From IMG/VR virus record IMGVR_UViG_3300013121_000043: 64,000 bases of DNA; one strand, given 5' to 3'. The stretch comes from an uncultured virus (IMG/VR IMGVR_UViG_3300013121_000043). Lineage: Duplodnaviria; Heunggongvirae; Uroviricota; Caudoviricetes. Shown here piece by piece: positions 20,301 to 32,500 of the stretch. The position numbers were made by a program, and so were the translations under genes. The first letter of the stretch is position 1. Each line of letters starts with the position of its first letter. The notes beneath the pieces are model-generated. The model was not told the origin of the DNA. It worked only from the letters and a program-made list of their open reading frames with translations, and made no database searches.

Positions 20301-23300
20301 ATCTGGCACCTGATGACGGACCCGAGAAGCAAGAGTGCTGTGGAGGTGGCAGAGCGGTTCGCGGATGGCGAGGCAACGGAAAAAGAGTTGGCTGCTGCGC
20401 AGAATGCTGCGCAGAATGCTGCATGGGATGCTGCGCAGAATGCTGCATGGGATGCTGCACGGGCTGCTGCACAGAATGTTGCATGGGATGCTGCACGGGA
20501 TGCTGCATGGACTACTGCATGGGATGCTGCACGGGCTGCTGCACAGAATGCTGCACGGGCCGCTGCATGGGATGCTGCACGGGTTGCTGCATGGGTTGCT
20601 GCATGGGCTACCGCATGGGATGCTGCGCGGGCATCCCAACTTCACATCGCCCAGTCCTTTTTCCCACCCACTGAGGCCGTCCCCATCCAGATCCCTCAAC
20701 ATCTGCGTGCTGACATGTTCGCCGTCATGGATCAGTGTTACTACGACCGTGATGAGCAAGGGCGGATGAAGGCGGAGCATACCTCAATCCTCGCCGACAT
20801 GTATGAGGACATCGGTTGTGCGCAGGCGGTGGAGTTGTTGCGAGGGGACACGCCGCTGTATCGCGGCTGTTGCTTTAGCACACCGGAATATCTGTTTCTC
20901 TTGTTCCACACGCAATATCGTACCCACTGGAGGTGGGATGATTTATCACAGCAAGCGACTGCTCGATGAGTACAAGATACCTGTCGTACATCGGCCGAAT
21001 GGGGTCTGCCGTATCCGGCACCGTGGTCGGATGAAATATCTGATGCTGGGCTGTAACTTTCCGCTTTGCCCGCGACTGCACTTCCAGTACCGGTATCGCA
21101 TCTACATAGATTCCACTTCAAGATAGTGGAAAGAGGCAAAACACATGCTACACCGCAGCCTGTTTTTTGTTGGCTATCGTCGCCGGCAGTGCGGACCGGG
21201 TATTGCTATTAGCACCACTATATATGGTGGATTGATCCGTTACGGGCGTGGAGTACACATCCCACGCTATCGGGTGCCCCTGGCCTTTTACACGGGCACC
21301 TGGGTGGGCTAGCATGATTATCCGCTCCATGCGCTATTTTCACATTCGTGTGTACCACATGCGCTGCTGGCAGGGCCCACGCGCCGGCACAGCCATCCCC
21401 TGGCGTAACCTGGTGTACTACTGGTCGTCCGGGATCTACTTCAAGCCGTACGGGACAGTTCCTGAACGACACCAGCGCTGTCTCGTGGTCTAGCTTCAGA
21501 AAGGAAGCGCACAATGCTTGTACGATCCGGCTGGCTTTATGGCAGTACATACAGGCGCATGCCCAGGCTCTGCCGTCGAACCACACGGCTGATCACAGTC
21601 GTGGAGGAGGAGTACGACCATCGCCGGGACTGGCAGGATGGTACCGCCTGCTGCTACTTTACAAACCGTAGCAGCATCTTCTGGTCGCAGCCGCTCGTCT
21701 GGCAGTTACGGGGATGGTTCTGGCTGCGCGATTAGTCTTCTGGAGGAGTATGTTACACAATCTATTGGGTAGCTACTACCCACACACGCGTCAACGTACT
21801 CGTACCTGGGGCTGGTTTTCTGGACTTTTTTGTTCGTGGGACGAAGGAGTCCTGGTTAGAGACACCGGCGACATGTACCTGAACCACCACGCAGCCTATC
21901 ACCATATCGAGCTGTGGTAGGCAGGAGTGACTATGCTTATACGCACGCGCTTACGCCCTTGTTACCACTGTTACCTCTTTTTTGGGTTGAGAGGTCTGCG
22001 CCTGCGCTTTGACGCATCACGGGATTTTACCGTGACGCGATCCTTTTCCTGGGGTCTGGGGATATTCTTACAGGATACCCAGGCACATGGTGTTGTTTGT
22101 CCAGGTTACTATCGCTATCTCACGGCAACGCATTCATGATCCACCACAGTAAGCGGTTTTCGCTGGAGCTAGGCTACTCCCATGTCAAAGAGCACGACTG
22201 CGTGCTGGGAATCTGGTATCTGCTGGGCTGGGGGATCACCCTGGCGAATTTCCCTGTCAGGCAGTTTCATCACGGCTACCGACGCACCTGGGTCTTTTGG
22301 GTCAAGGAGCAGGATACATGATCCATCATAGTAAAAGGTTTACCGACGAGCGGCTGCGGCGCGCGGATCGTTACGGCCACGTCTGCTCCACGACGGTGCG
22401 GGGCAGCTGGCGCAGCACGCGATACTGGCGACTTATCCTGGGCTGTGAGTTTTACAACAAAGGACCACGACTACCGTTTCACTATCGCAGTCGGATTCAG
22501 TTTATCTCGGGGGTCTAAATGCTTCAGCATAGCAATATGTACTACAACTGCTCGGCCTATTATCACAGTCACATGCGCGACCGTGTACCGCGGACGCAGT
22601 CCTGGCAGGCCGGGCCCCCTCGCCGCCCGTTTTACTGGCACACCGGGGTTACTTTTCACCGGAACGGGGTTCCCTCCTCCTGGTGGTCGGCCTACTACGG
22701 TCCCATCTATGTCACGAGGTAACAATCCCATGGCTATTTATGTGCGACCATACCCGTGCTACCATGCCAACCTCTTTCTCCGATTGAAATGGATGTGTCT
22801 TATATGTTGCGTACCGAAGCAACCCGCCTGGAAACACAAAATTTACTGGCGTCTGGGAATATTTTTCCCGAATACCCAGGCCCGTAATGTCATCCAGGCC
22901 AATCGGCGACACTACAGAACGTCACTCTATCTGTGATTTGTATGATTCACCAAAGCAAGCGGTTCCCTACCCTGGGGCTATACGACGGTCCTGGCCGAAA
23001 CAGCAGCCTGAGAATTGCTGCCAGTTACTGGTGGTATCGTCTGGACGCAGGCACCTACCTGCGTGGCTGGCACAAGAAGTTCTTTCTACCCAGGTTGAGG
23101 GAGCCACGCTAGATGCTCTACAACAGCGGTAACTACGTCTGTCTGTACCGGGCAAATCCGTGGTTTTTGCTACGGATGCAGCATCGAAACGCCCGCTTCT
23201 ATACCGTTTACTACCGCCTGGGCACCCACAACGGCTTTCACCCTCTCTCCCGTGCCCGGTATACACGGTATTATTGCCCGACCCGCGTCCGCCGGGATTA

Positions 23301-24635
23301 GGTCAGAAAGGAGAACACCCCTTGATACCCCACCAGCGCTGGCAGTTTAGCCATTACCGCCGCGTGCCGCGCTATCGGTTGATCCTGTATTCGGTCCAGT
23401 TACCTGGAATCCCTGGGATCCCTGCCTGGGGGACCTGGAGCAGCCACGTGACCTGGACCGACGGTATCATTCACGATGGCGACCACAACATGTTCCTCTA
23501 TTCGGATGCAAACGGGTGCGGACTCCGGACCAGGATAGCCCAAGATGATCTATAACAAAAAGATGTCCTGGAACAGCCAGCACAACATTACCACGCTGAG
23601 TGACGGGCGTCGCTGGGCTTACGGGGTGTTGTTCCATCACGCGATCCATCGTTACCTGGCCGTCACCGCCTACAGGCCGCTGATGGTGATGCACACCTGG
23701 ATTACCATGGCCTACCGCCATGTCTCGGAGCCCTAGATCATGCTCCTGGCCTACAACCGTCCGTCCGGCTGGTATGGTCATCTCTGCAGCCCCTGGCTGC
23801 TGCTCCGGGTGTCCCAGCCCAGACAGCAGGTGATCCGGGCCTACCGGCTGGGTACCTTCATCCAGGGTGAGATATTCAGCCATCACTACTACCTGAATCT
23901 CCAGCTGGCCGTGGCACTACCCCCGTGGCGTCACGGCCTGCGTACATTCTACCGGAGGTAATTCGTGCCTATACACACTCCAGATTTCATTTACCGTGGG
24001 CCCTTTCGTAGCCCGGTCACCACACAGCTGTCGTACCGGGAACCCGGCGATAGCCTGGAGATCCTGATCGGCATTGGCTGGCACCGGTATCTGCGCAGTT
24101 TGCGTCATTATCGTTATCTGTTCTTCTTTCACATGACGCGCATCAGCACACCGTCGCTAAGGATTCGACGACTGGGGTATACCAGCGACATACAACCTGT
24201 GGTGGTAGCTTGATTATGCTTATTACCACAACCGATGTTGCGAGCTATGCGCGAGCCTGGCGCTATGGTTACATCCATTTTCAACTACATCCAACCCGGC
24301 CTGTGTGTTTCCTGCACCGGTGGAATAGCACATGCCGGTATTACCCGTCCCGCCTGCTCTGGCTGTATGGGTGGGCTGTCCAGATCGAGTGATATACCAC
24401 AGATAGTACCAGTGCCCGGCGGCCGGGAGTCCAGTGTGCTGGTTGGATCAACACTCGGTAGAGGAAAAGTCGTATGCTCTACACCCCAATCACCAACGAC
24501 AGCTACATACGGTCCTGTCGTTATGCCTATGGATTTCTTCGTTTACACAGGGTTCGACCACTGTGTTTTCTGCATTACTGGAACGGGACACAGCGACCTG
24601 CGCAGCGGGGCTGGACCATCAAAATTAGGAGGTAA
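17344..24635 (+). other. micro-ORF array C (~34 ORFs; APYY subfamily followed by MIHHSK subfamily)
   Basis: Starts at 17344, 17538, 17750, 17941, 18147, 18372, 18600, 18792, 19001, 19212, 19376, 19566, 19639, 19882, 20072, 20938, 21145, 21314, 21514, 21750, 21933, 22136, 22318, 22519, 22730, 22942, 23113, 23322, 23545, 23740, 23965, 24216, 24474. Confidence 0.8.
20223..20969 (+). CDS. helical AAWD/AARA tetrapeptide-repeat protein (Planctomycete RLFACAC...RGCW type), C-terminus chimeric
   Basis: [51 protein letters not shown]; 12-bp periodic repeats at ~20391-20632. Confidence 0.8.
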   Translation: MNDLDALINRMSSRQQRLFACACCREIWHLMTDPRSKSAVEVAERFADGEATEKELAAAQNAAQNAAWDAAQNAAWDAARAAAQNVAWDAARDAAWTTAWDAARAAAQNAARAAAWDAARVAAWVAAWATAWDAARASQLHIAQSFFPPTEAVPIQIPQHLRADMFAVMDQCYYDRDEQGRMKAEHTSILADMYEDIGCAQAVELLRGDTPLYRGCCFSTPEYLFLLFHTQYRTHWRWDDLSQQATAR

Positions 24636-24637
24636 TC

Positions 24638-25093
24638 ATGTTAAGGCCAGATTGGATCAATCTGTTGAACCGCCTGGGTCGTATGGTTTCCATTACACCC
24701 CAGCAGGCCGTGTACACTTTCGCGCCGGATCGCACCCTGGAAATCGAGGGACCGCACCGTATTGTCGGCGTCTATCCAGGATTCTACGGGGACACCCGCG
24801 TCGTGTACACCTCGCTGGACGAGGCCCTGCGTGCGGCCACCGGCGGTCTCTATTCCGGGCTGAATATTTGCCGCTATTTCCACATGGAGTTTGGCTGTAC
24901 ACCCCAGGGGAGGCTCGTGGCACGGCTTCGCTACTACAACCTGGATAGCTCGTCCCTGGAACACCAGGTTCCGGATGGCGATCCCTGGCTGGATAACCTG
25001 GTCGATCTCTTCCAGAGCAAGGAGATGCCGCAGGAGCGGGTCGCGATGCTCCACGACTATTTGCAGGAGGTAGACCATGCTCCGCAATCCTGA
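24638..25093 (+). CDS. hypothetical protein
   Basis: GGAGG RBS; C-terminal helical MLHDYLQE motif. Confidence 0.7.
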   Translation: MLRPDWINLLNRLGRMVSITPQQAVYTFAPDRTLEIEGPHRIVGVYPGFYGDTRVVYTSLDEALRAATGGLYSGLNICRYFHMEFGCTPQGRLVARLRYYNLDSSSLEHQVPDGDPWLDNLVDLFQSKEMPQERVAMLHDYLQEVDHAPQS

Positions 25094-25274
25094 TCATCCG
25101 GATATCTGTCGGTGGCGGTCGTACAAGTTCAAGCGACCAACGTTGGGGATGCGCCACCGTAACGGTTCTTTTGTCAAGATCTTATGGCAGATCGGGACCC
25201 GCAAGATCGATGCGTCGAACCGTTACCACATGTTCCGTGAGTGTTACAGACCGCCGTGGGTGATCAGCCCTTAG
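25077..25274 (+). CDS. micro-ORF
   Basis: GGAGG RBS; R/W/Y-rich. Confidence 0.55.
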   Translation: MLRNPDHPDICRWRSYKFKRPTLGMRHRNGSFVKILWQIGTRKIDASNRYHMFRECYRPPWVISP

Positions 25275-25297
25275 GCTATGTGAAGGAGAGAACGAGG

Positions 25298-25609
25298 ATG
25301 ACGCGTGTCTGTTTGATCGACGTGGCGAGCATGCCACGACCCGGGCTGTATCATTACTTCCGCCTGGATGAGAAGGCGTTTGTTCAGGCGGTCAAGAAAG
25401 CCCACCGGGAGAACCGGTTGTGGGCCTATCTGCGCAAGGAAGAAATAGCCCACTACCTGTTCGACAGCACAGGTATCTTGTTTGGAGCCAGCGAGACTCC
25501 GCTGGAGCTTCATTCCCTGGACACGTTGCTTGTTTGCTATCTACAGGAGGACCAGAGCTGGCATTACGGTCGTGTGACCTACGTGGCCTGGCCCGAGGAG
25601 GAAGAGTAA
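25298..25609 (+). CDS. hypothetical protein
   Basis: GAGG RBS; 103 aa. Confidence 0.7.
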   Translation: MTRVCLIDVASMPRPGLYHYFRLDEKAFVQAVKKAHRENRLWAYLRKEEIAHYLFDSTGILFGASETPLELHSLDTLLVCYLQEDQSWHYGRVTYVAWPEEEE

Positions 25610-25649
25610 GATGAAACGTAAGCTGGCAGGCTAGCCCAGACGAACACAC

Positions 25650-25688
25650 GAACCCCTGTTGACAGGTGTCAACAGGGGTTCTTTTTTT
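25650..25688 (+). terminator. intrinsic terminator
   Basis: GAACCCCTGTTGACA/TGTCAACAGGGGTTC plus T7. Confidence 0.85.
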
Positions 25689-25701
25689 ACCCATCGAGAA
25701 A

Positions 25702-25728
25702 TAAATTACCCGCCCAAGTGTGGCAATA
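25702..25728 (+). promoter_or_regulatory. TAAA-N16-GGCAATA promoter motif
   Basis: Directly after a terminator and before ATG 25767. Confidence 0.75.
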
Positions 25729-25766
25729 TAGCTTGCTACCTCGCTACTACCTTTCAGGAGAAAATC

Positions 25767-26411
25767 ATGTTGTCATTAAAAGCAAGGCCTGAGGTGGTTC
25801 TTACCTCCAGGTTGCGGCGGCTGATACTCTGTGCGACAGTTCGCTACTGCCGACGGTTTCCAGACTTTCAGAAGGAGGTGAACGCCATCCTGGACGTGGC
25901 CGAGTGTATCGCGGACAGGCGTTTTTATACGCTGTCTATGTGGAAGAAGGCCCGATTTTTTCTGGATAAGATTCATGACAACCGGAGAGCTACTATCGAT
26001 GTTTTTGGGTCGAATCGGCAGAACCTGTTAAACGGAGAAGCCTATCTGTGCCTGGGCACCGCCCTGGGACAGGACACGATACACGGTTACATGCTAAATA
26101 GAGCGATCTGGCTCTTGATCAACCAGGGGGATGTAGTGGCGACCATGGAGCACTACGAGCGTACCTTCTTGCCCTGCTATTACCGGCTGGGACATCACCA
26201 GCAGACCATTCCTGGTCACCTGCGCGAGCTAGCGGAGGCCTGTTACAGCGAGCGCAACGAGGATGGTAGCATGAAGCACGAGCTCGTATCTCTACTGGCC
26301 GACGGCTACGCGGACGAGGGTGTGGAGCTACCCCAGCAACAGCTGCAGCAGGGACTGTTTCTCTATCGTGGGCTGTGGTTCGTGGACTTATTACGACCCA
26401 TCCCGCGCTAA
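25767..26411 (+). CDS. helical protein of the same family as 20223
   Basis: RLILCATVR...HLRELAEACYSER..LLADGYADEG..LYRGLWFVDLL. Confidence 0.75.
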   Translation: MLSLKARPEVVLTSRLRRLILCATVRYCRRFPDFQKEVNAILDVAECIADRRFYTLSMWKKARFFLDKIHDNRRATIDVFGSNRQNLLNGEAYLCLGTALGQDTIHGYMLNRAIWLLINQGDVVATMEHYERTFLPCYYRLGHHQQTIPGHLRELAEACYSERNEDGSMKHELVSLLADGYADEGVELPQQQLQQGLFLYRGLWFVDLLRPIPR

Positions 26412-26423
26412 AAAAGAGACACC

Positions 26424-27003
26424 ATGCTACACGACCGCACCCTGGCCGTGCTGAATCACCTGTACGGCTATGAGCGCTTCGGCTATCGGCAGACCGTTAT
26501 CAGAAGCGCATACCTGGAGATAACGAATATGCCTTACCGGTTACCCTGGCGCATCGGTTGTTACGCGGCAGGTACACGTTACTTTGCCACGAAGATACGT
26601 GTTGTTCGGGACAAGAGGCGTCGAATCTAGATCGAGGGTAGAGGGTTGGTATGATCTGCTACAAGCAATGGGATACCCGTTATAAGTACCCGCACGTGGG
26701 GACGTACTACCAGCGTGCCTCGGGAATGTTACGTCTGTGGTGGCACGGGGTGGGACTGTACAGTTACAGCCTGGGAACCTGGTGGCATCCGGACTACGCC
26801 TGTGGCTTTCCCACCTATGTTGTCCTGGAGCGCGACTGATGCTGTTACCATCCCCTGGCTTTTTCGTGGCCTGCCAGCAACGGCCGCAGACAACCACCCG
26901 ACTGCGGGCACACGGTCAAACGTATTACTTTTCCACCCTGGCACTCTGGCGCAGTCGCTGCTTCACGATCGCGTACTGTGCCTGGTATGCCCATAATGAG
27001 TAG
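26424..27003 (+). other. three micro-ORFs (26424, 26651, 26839)
   Basis: MLHDR, MICYK, MLLPS; Y/R/W-rich. Confidence 0.6.
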
Positions 27004-27008
27004 GAGAA

Positions 27009-27530
27009 ATGATGCTCAAGTTCATGAAGCCTGAAATCCTCGTGAAACTGAATGAGGACAACGAGAATACACCGGACGCGGTGGCTCGTGCCATGGAGGT
27101 AGAGGATCAGTGGGAGGAGAATGGCAAGCAGTACGCTGCCAGGCTCAGGGAGATTACCCCGCGGCTGCCCGACGGGGTCGTTACATTCTTGAACAAGGCT
27201 TGCCTGCACGATGCTGCCATGCTCGGGGAGCTTACCGGCGTGGGCGGGCGGTCGCTCGTCCTTCTGGCCAAGCTTGTGCTGCCGCGCATAGACAGCGACA
27301 ACGAGTGCTGGTACTACGGACTGTATTACCAGGAGATTCGTGAGCTACGGACCGTGATGCACGAGGGTTCGTACTTCACGGAACTCGATCCCCATCCCGA
27401 GTGGGCCTATGACGAGTTTGATATCACGGAGGATGGCTACATCGTGCACAGCATTCTGTTCAGTGATGGGCGGGAGCTGGAGATCACCTTCCGGCATTTT
27501 ACGTGGACGCAGACTTTGCGTCAGGAGTAA
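27009..27530 (+). CDS. DUF4085-like protein
   Basis: CLHDAA...WAYDEF...HSILFSDGRELEITF motif pattern. Confidence 0.6.
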   Translation: MMLKFMKPEILVKLNEDNENTPDAVARAMEVEDQWEENGKQYAARLREITPRLPDGVVTFLNKACLHDAAMLGELTGVGGRSLVLLAKLVLPRIDSDNECWYYGLYYQEIRELRTVMHEGSYFTELDPHPEWAYDEFDITEDGYIVHSILFSDGRELEITFRHFTWTQTLRQE

Positions 27531-27534
27531 AGCG

Positions 27535-28149
27535 ATGATTTGTCGTATTACAAAGTTTGGTGATACCTACGCTGCCTGTCTGCTCTGGGGGGAGGCGACG
27601 ATGATGCGTTCCGCCCCCTCGCTGCCGGAGGCGATCGCCCTGTGTCAGGAATGGTCGCGTAACGCCACAGGGACGGCCATTGCCGTGGATGCCATCGAGC
27701 TCTGTCCTACCTGCTGGCAGGAGCTGTATCCGGATGCCGACATCGGCATGCTTGTGGACAAGCTGGAGAAGTCGTTCCAGGCGCTGCCCAAACGGGCGGC
27801 GGTGGCCCGCGCCGGTACCGAGTACACGCTTGGTAGCGCCCTGTCCAAGTTCGTGGACGACTGCTACGCCCTGCTTCCTTCTATCCTCCAGGCGTTTCGC
27901 GAGCAGGCCATGCTTCTGCATGACCTCCAGGAGGAGTCCCAGGCAGCCCGGGAGGTGATGCGTCTGCGGGAAGTTGTGAAAGAGCTGGAGGCAAGGCAGA
28001 CCTGTGCTACCTGTGAGGGTTCAGGCTGGCAGGGATCTCTGGCAGGTGGCCAGCCGTGTCCTGCATGCAATCCACCACGCCCGTCCACCTCCCTTCTGGA
28101 TGGAAGGATTTTTGGCCCGGGTCGTTTTACAAGTGAGGAAACGACATGA
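27535..28149 (+). CDS. hypothetical protein with a DnaJ-type Zn motif
   Basis: CATCEGSG...CPAC; shares a 51-bp segment with 28962. Confidence 0.7.
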   Translation: MICRITKFGDTYAACLLWGEATMMRSAPSLPEAIALCQEWSRNATGTAIAVDAIELCPTCWQELYPDADIGMLVDKLEKSFQALPKRAAVARAGTEYTLGSALSKFVDDCYALLPSILQAFREQAMLLHDLQEESQAAREVMRLREVVKELEARQTCATCEGSGWQGSLAGGQPCPACNPPRPSTSLLDGRIFGPGRFTSEETT

Positions 28150-28487
28150 CACCTAACGAGAGACGGCGACAGCGAGACGTGATCTATCAGACCCTGGATT
28201 ATCCTTACGCGCTACCTCTGCAGGCCCTGGCGGATCTCCACGAGGAGTGTCGTGGTCCAGACGATACCATGGTTCTGGGACTGCGCTGGCTGGCACGTCA
28301 CAGGAAGCAGCCCAGCAGGACGCCAGAGCGCTTTGTGTGGTACTTCTGCAAGTGCCCTGGCCGGGACTGCGAGCTCCCCGCGGACAGGGATTATACCGTG
28401 GAGCAGTTGACAGCAACAGCCGCGTTCATCCTGGCGGCACACACTGTGGGCAGCAAGATTGCCAGAGGAGTCGTGAGTCGTGAGTAA
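28146..28487 (+). CDS. hypothetical protein, weakly TIGR02996-like N-terminus
   Basis: LQALADLHEE..GLRWL; ATGA coupling. Confidence 0.6.
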   Translation: MTPNERRRQRDVIYQTLDYPYALPLQALADLHEECRGPDDTMVLGLRWLARHRKQPSRTPERFVWYFCKCPGRDCELPADRDYTVEQLTATAAFILAAHTVGSKIARGVVSRE

Positions 28488-28728
28488 GTCCCGGGCCCAT
28501 ACTTTTACCATGCACTGGCTGCCGACCGAGAGCCTGCCGGAGGGACTGGATGCCAGTACTCTGGAGACCATGTGTAAGGCGATGCTACAACACGGCTATC
28601 CCGACTTCATCTGGCTCCATTGTGAGGATGGCAGCCCGGTCTGTCTGCAACTGGAACACTACCTGGTGGAGAGCAGCAACCAGACTGTGGCACATCTGAG
28701 AAAGGCAGGGAAGCTGAAGGATGGGTAA
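28480..28728 (+). CDS. hypothetical protein
   Basis: AGGAG RBS; coupled. Confidence 0.6.
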   Translation: MSKSRAHTFTMHWLPTESLPEGLDASTLETMCKAMLQHGYPDFIWLHCEDGSPVCLQLEHYLVESSNQTVAHLRKAGKLKDG

Positions 28729-28961
28729 CAAGGCAGACAGTGCCAACCTGAATCGGGTTCTGGATCCGTTTCCTTACCGCGAGCTTCTGGCTACCATGCC
28801 AGCCGACCACAGATTCCCTGGTCGTGGTCTCGCAGCTGCGCGGCGGGGTCGGCCAACCTTTCCCACCTGCTCACGTTTGAGCTAAGGGCTGTATCGCTGA
28901 GCGAGGCCTACTTTCTGGCCGCCGTCGTGATGGGTGGGTTTTTACGTCAAGAGGAGTAGCA

Positions 28962-29552
28962 ATGTACTGGATCAGTCAAGACGATAACGGTATGTATCAC
29001 TGCGCCTGCAGGATTCAGGACGGTACGGAGTACTGGCATCACCCCACACTTCAGGAAGCCATCGAGTCGATGATTTCCGGGGCGTACATCCTCAACCACA
29101 ATACCATCACGCAGCAGGATATCACGTTCTGTCTGCGCTGCCGTCGCGAGCTGGGCGAGGCTGTACCCCAGGAGCGGCGAGTGGAGCCTGCCGGGGATGG
29201 TCTGGACTATCTGCAGGAGCTGGAAGAGGCCTACGCCAGACTACCCGAGAATTTTCGCGGCGGGCAGATTCTCTATCCCAACATGGATCCCATCGCCACG
29301 TTCCATGCCCTGGCGCGCTCCTACCTGCCCGGGATGATCCGAGACCTTCGCGAGCAGACCATGCTTCTGCATGACCTCCAGGAGGAGTCCCTGGCAGTAC
29401 GAGAGGCCATCTACTACCGGGAGGCGTTGCAAAACATCCTGGATAGCCTGCCGGCTATATCTCCTCACGCCATGTCGCTACCGCCGACCCTGGGACTGAT
29501 CGTGAATAATGTTCGGGAGCTGGCCCAGAAGGCTCTGGAGAAGACGGTATGA
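28962..29552 (+). CDS. hypothetical protein
   Basis: GAGGAG RBS; REQTMLLHDLQEES shared with 27535. Confidence 0.75.
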   Translation: MYWISQDDNGMYHCACRIQDGTEYWHHPTLQEAIESMISGAYILNHNTITQQDITFCLRCRRELGEAVPQERRVEPAGDGLDYLQELEEAYARLPENFRGGQILYPNMDPIATFHALARSYLPGMIRDLREQTMLLHDLQEESLAVREAIYYREALQNILDSLPAISPHAMSLPPTLGLIVNNVRELAQKALEKTV

Positions 29553-32500
29553 TAGCAACCAATCATCGCTACTGGATGGATCAATCACTTCCACACCCAC
29601 GGGTGACCACCCTCTTCGCGGGTTTGCGCAATCTTCTGTGTGGTATGGTTTCGCAGTCCTACTGGAAGAGTCTCTACCGACACGACGCCCTGTTCCCGGG
29701 CTACTACACCCAGATCTATTCAGCCGGAGAGCGTGATGATCTATCACAGTAAAAACTACATGCCCGATATGGCGGTGGAGTGTAGCACGGTGCTGCGCTG
29801 TTCGTCGGGCCGCCTTGCCCTTTCGACAGGCTGCTACGCGGATCATCACGTCTGGTATCAAATGGGTTACGATCGTATCGAACTCATTCTGGAACGGCAG
29901 AACCCCTATTCCACGGAGGATTGAGGTGATCAAGCCTCACAAGTGCCTGTGTATCTACAAGCCGTTCTATCCGGGTGACTATCTCTGGTATTCCTGCTGG
30001 AATAGTAGCGCAGCGTTTTCCATGACCCTGCGCAACTACCACTATAGCATGCGCTTTCGCTATCTGTCTCCCGTCCCTCTTCTGGGCAACATGACCTGGT
30101 TGTCCCAGCTTCCTCACCGGATCAAGTCCCATGATTAGTCCCTACAAGTTTCGCTGTGGCTATGCACGCCTGTCTCCAGGTGCCTATCTGTGGTATCACA
30201 CCTCCGATTCTGATGCCAATTTTCACTACGTCAGTTTTGTCGTGGAGAGCTTCTGTCGTGGCACACGCTTCAGGTGTAGCTGGGGCACAGGTGGTAACTG
30301 GAGCACACTCATGTCAGGATTACCTGTTCACGTCTAGGAGCAATACGTGGTCTTTTCTCACGGTAACTGCCGATTTTTCCGCTATCGATTTCCCAGAATC
30401 ACACTCTACTGGCGGCTGGTAATGACCCGACCGATCCAGTCGCTGGTGCTCTTTCGTAGCACCGTGTTCTGGTACAGGTCCAGGACCGCGGTAAGAAGGA
30501 GCGGTTACGCCATTTTGCTCATCCGGGGAGTGCGACATGCTCTCGCGGGCTAGCTACAGGTGGCGCTACTACGCCAGTCCCTGCTGTTGTGTTGTCGCCC
30601 TGTCTCCAGCTTCCGACACCGTACACCTGTACCATCACCTGCTACACAGCCACGGTACGGCGCTTTCTTACTGCAGTTTGGTATATGACTGTTTTTTCAC
30701 ACGACGCGTTACACGTCTTCTCTGGCTTACCAGTATCTCGGATAGGGGCCGGTACCGACAGGAGATTTCATGATAGTAGCTGTGGAATGTCATAAGTACC
30801 AGTATCCCAGTAGCTACTTTTCCATCCGGGCTGGTCGATCCGGGCTGGTCGATCCGGACACAGCTGGCGTCATTTTCGTATGGCGTAGGTGCATAATCAT
30901 CATGCCATGGAGGTTACCTATACGGCCGTTGGTACGGCCAGCCGGCACCGCCAGTATGCGTTACTACCCTGGCTGGTAAACCGAATATGAGAAAAGCTAT
31001 GTTGATTCGTTACTGTCAGCGGCACTACTGGTATATACCCAGGCTGCGCCAGCCCTGGCGTCACCAGATGCAGGTGGTTTTTCCAGGCTGGCTGTACCCG
31101 AGGGAGTGGTGCTATGGTGTTTTTTACACCGACGCAGGACATATGCACATACCCAGCCTCAAACCTATTCCTCGCCCCTGTTACGTTTGTTAATAAGGAA
31201 GGGTCTGTATGTTACACGGACGGAGGCTATGCCCAACAACCGCTGGATGCTACCGGCGACCCGGTCGCTGGCTTCAGGAAGTCTTTAGCCTGTGGGCGGG
31301 ACCTGTTTTTAAGGCCTGGTGGTACGGTACCACGGTTATGGATAGACCGAGGGACATCCCAGGCACGGTGCCCGTGAGGATAAGTTACCAGTGATCTACC
31401 GTAGTAAAGGCCTGGTGGAGAATACCCCGAGATACCGCCATCCTGGGCGGTTGTACCGGGAATTACTGATCCTGCAGCTAGGTGCACCACACTACTATGG
31501 ACGCGGCTATCGCCACGGTACCATGTTTGTGGAGAATCCCGGGAACCCGATAACCCGGTGTTCTGTCCGAGGGTTCCCCTGGCGCTACTGCACAACCTAC
31601 TGAGGTGGAGTCATGTGTTATGTTGCCAAGCGCGCGATGTATCGCGGCACGTTTTATCACTACTATGGTCGCGGCTGGCCCGTATCGACCTGCCTGGGTA
31701 ACTATGCGTTAAGAGGCGGAGTCGCCTTGCCGTTGATCGGCATAACCCGTTGGCGTAACGGTACTTATGTCTTCCCACCAGAAGGGTATTCCTTTGATTT
31801 TTCACAGCCGTAATACGCGACCATGCTGGTATGTCACAAGTTATCTGCGTTACAGGAGTTATCCCTACTGGCACTATCGGCACTGGGGTTGTCTGGTTTT
31901 TGGTGTGCTGTACTCCGGGTTCTACTACTACCCCCGTGTCAACATGGTTGCCTGGAGTGGTAGAGAAGAATAGCACGCCCCTGTGGAGTAATCCATGATT
32001 CGACCACTGATTCTGCGCCCTCTGTTGTGCTATGGGTGCCGTGGCACGCTCTACCGTCGTGGCTCTTGCCGGTACTTCCAGCCTTACGGCTGTGCCATGA
32101 TGGAGCGGTGGGTGGGGCGTCGTGGCTGTTTTTGGAGTGTCAGATGATCTACCACTGTAAAAACCTCCGTCCCGGTAACGTCGTGCTCTGTGTCACGGAC
32201 GTGGCCCTGGAAACAGACTGTGGTTTTGGCTTCGGGGTCTGGAACCACATTCCCAGCTGGTTTGATGGTTACGATCGTGTGGATATGGTTTTGGCGAGAT
32301 ACTGGTCATGATTTACCGACCTGGTGTTCGTTCCTACCGCTATCATCTCTTCTGCTACACCCTGTACCGTACACACCGGGGCGGTTACAGGTATTTTGGT
32401 ACGGTACATACCACCCCGTCTGGGTTGTGGTTTGGCAGCTCACTACAGCGACACGTCTGGCTTTTTTACCCACGACTGAGTGCGCGGCCTTGTTGCGAGG

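Noticed and set aside
20245..20780. MLHG, MGCC and CSIP repeat ORFs in other frames
   Set aside because: Shadow frames of the 12-bp repeat in gene 20223
10340..24406. TAG stop-codon reassignment
   Set aside because: Only two in-frame TAG cases; many genes end in TAG directly before the next start, and long genes are uninterrupted
30824..30857. 14-bp tandem duplication as a programmed frameshift or phase-variation site
   Set aside because: Only two copies and the ORF stays open; likely simple slippage
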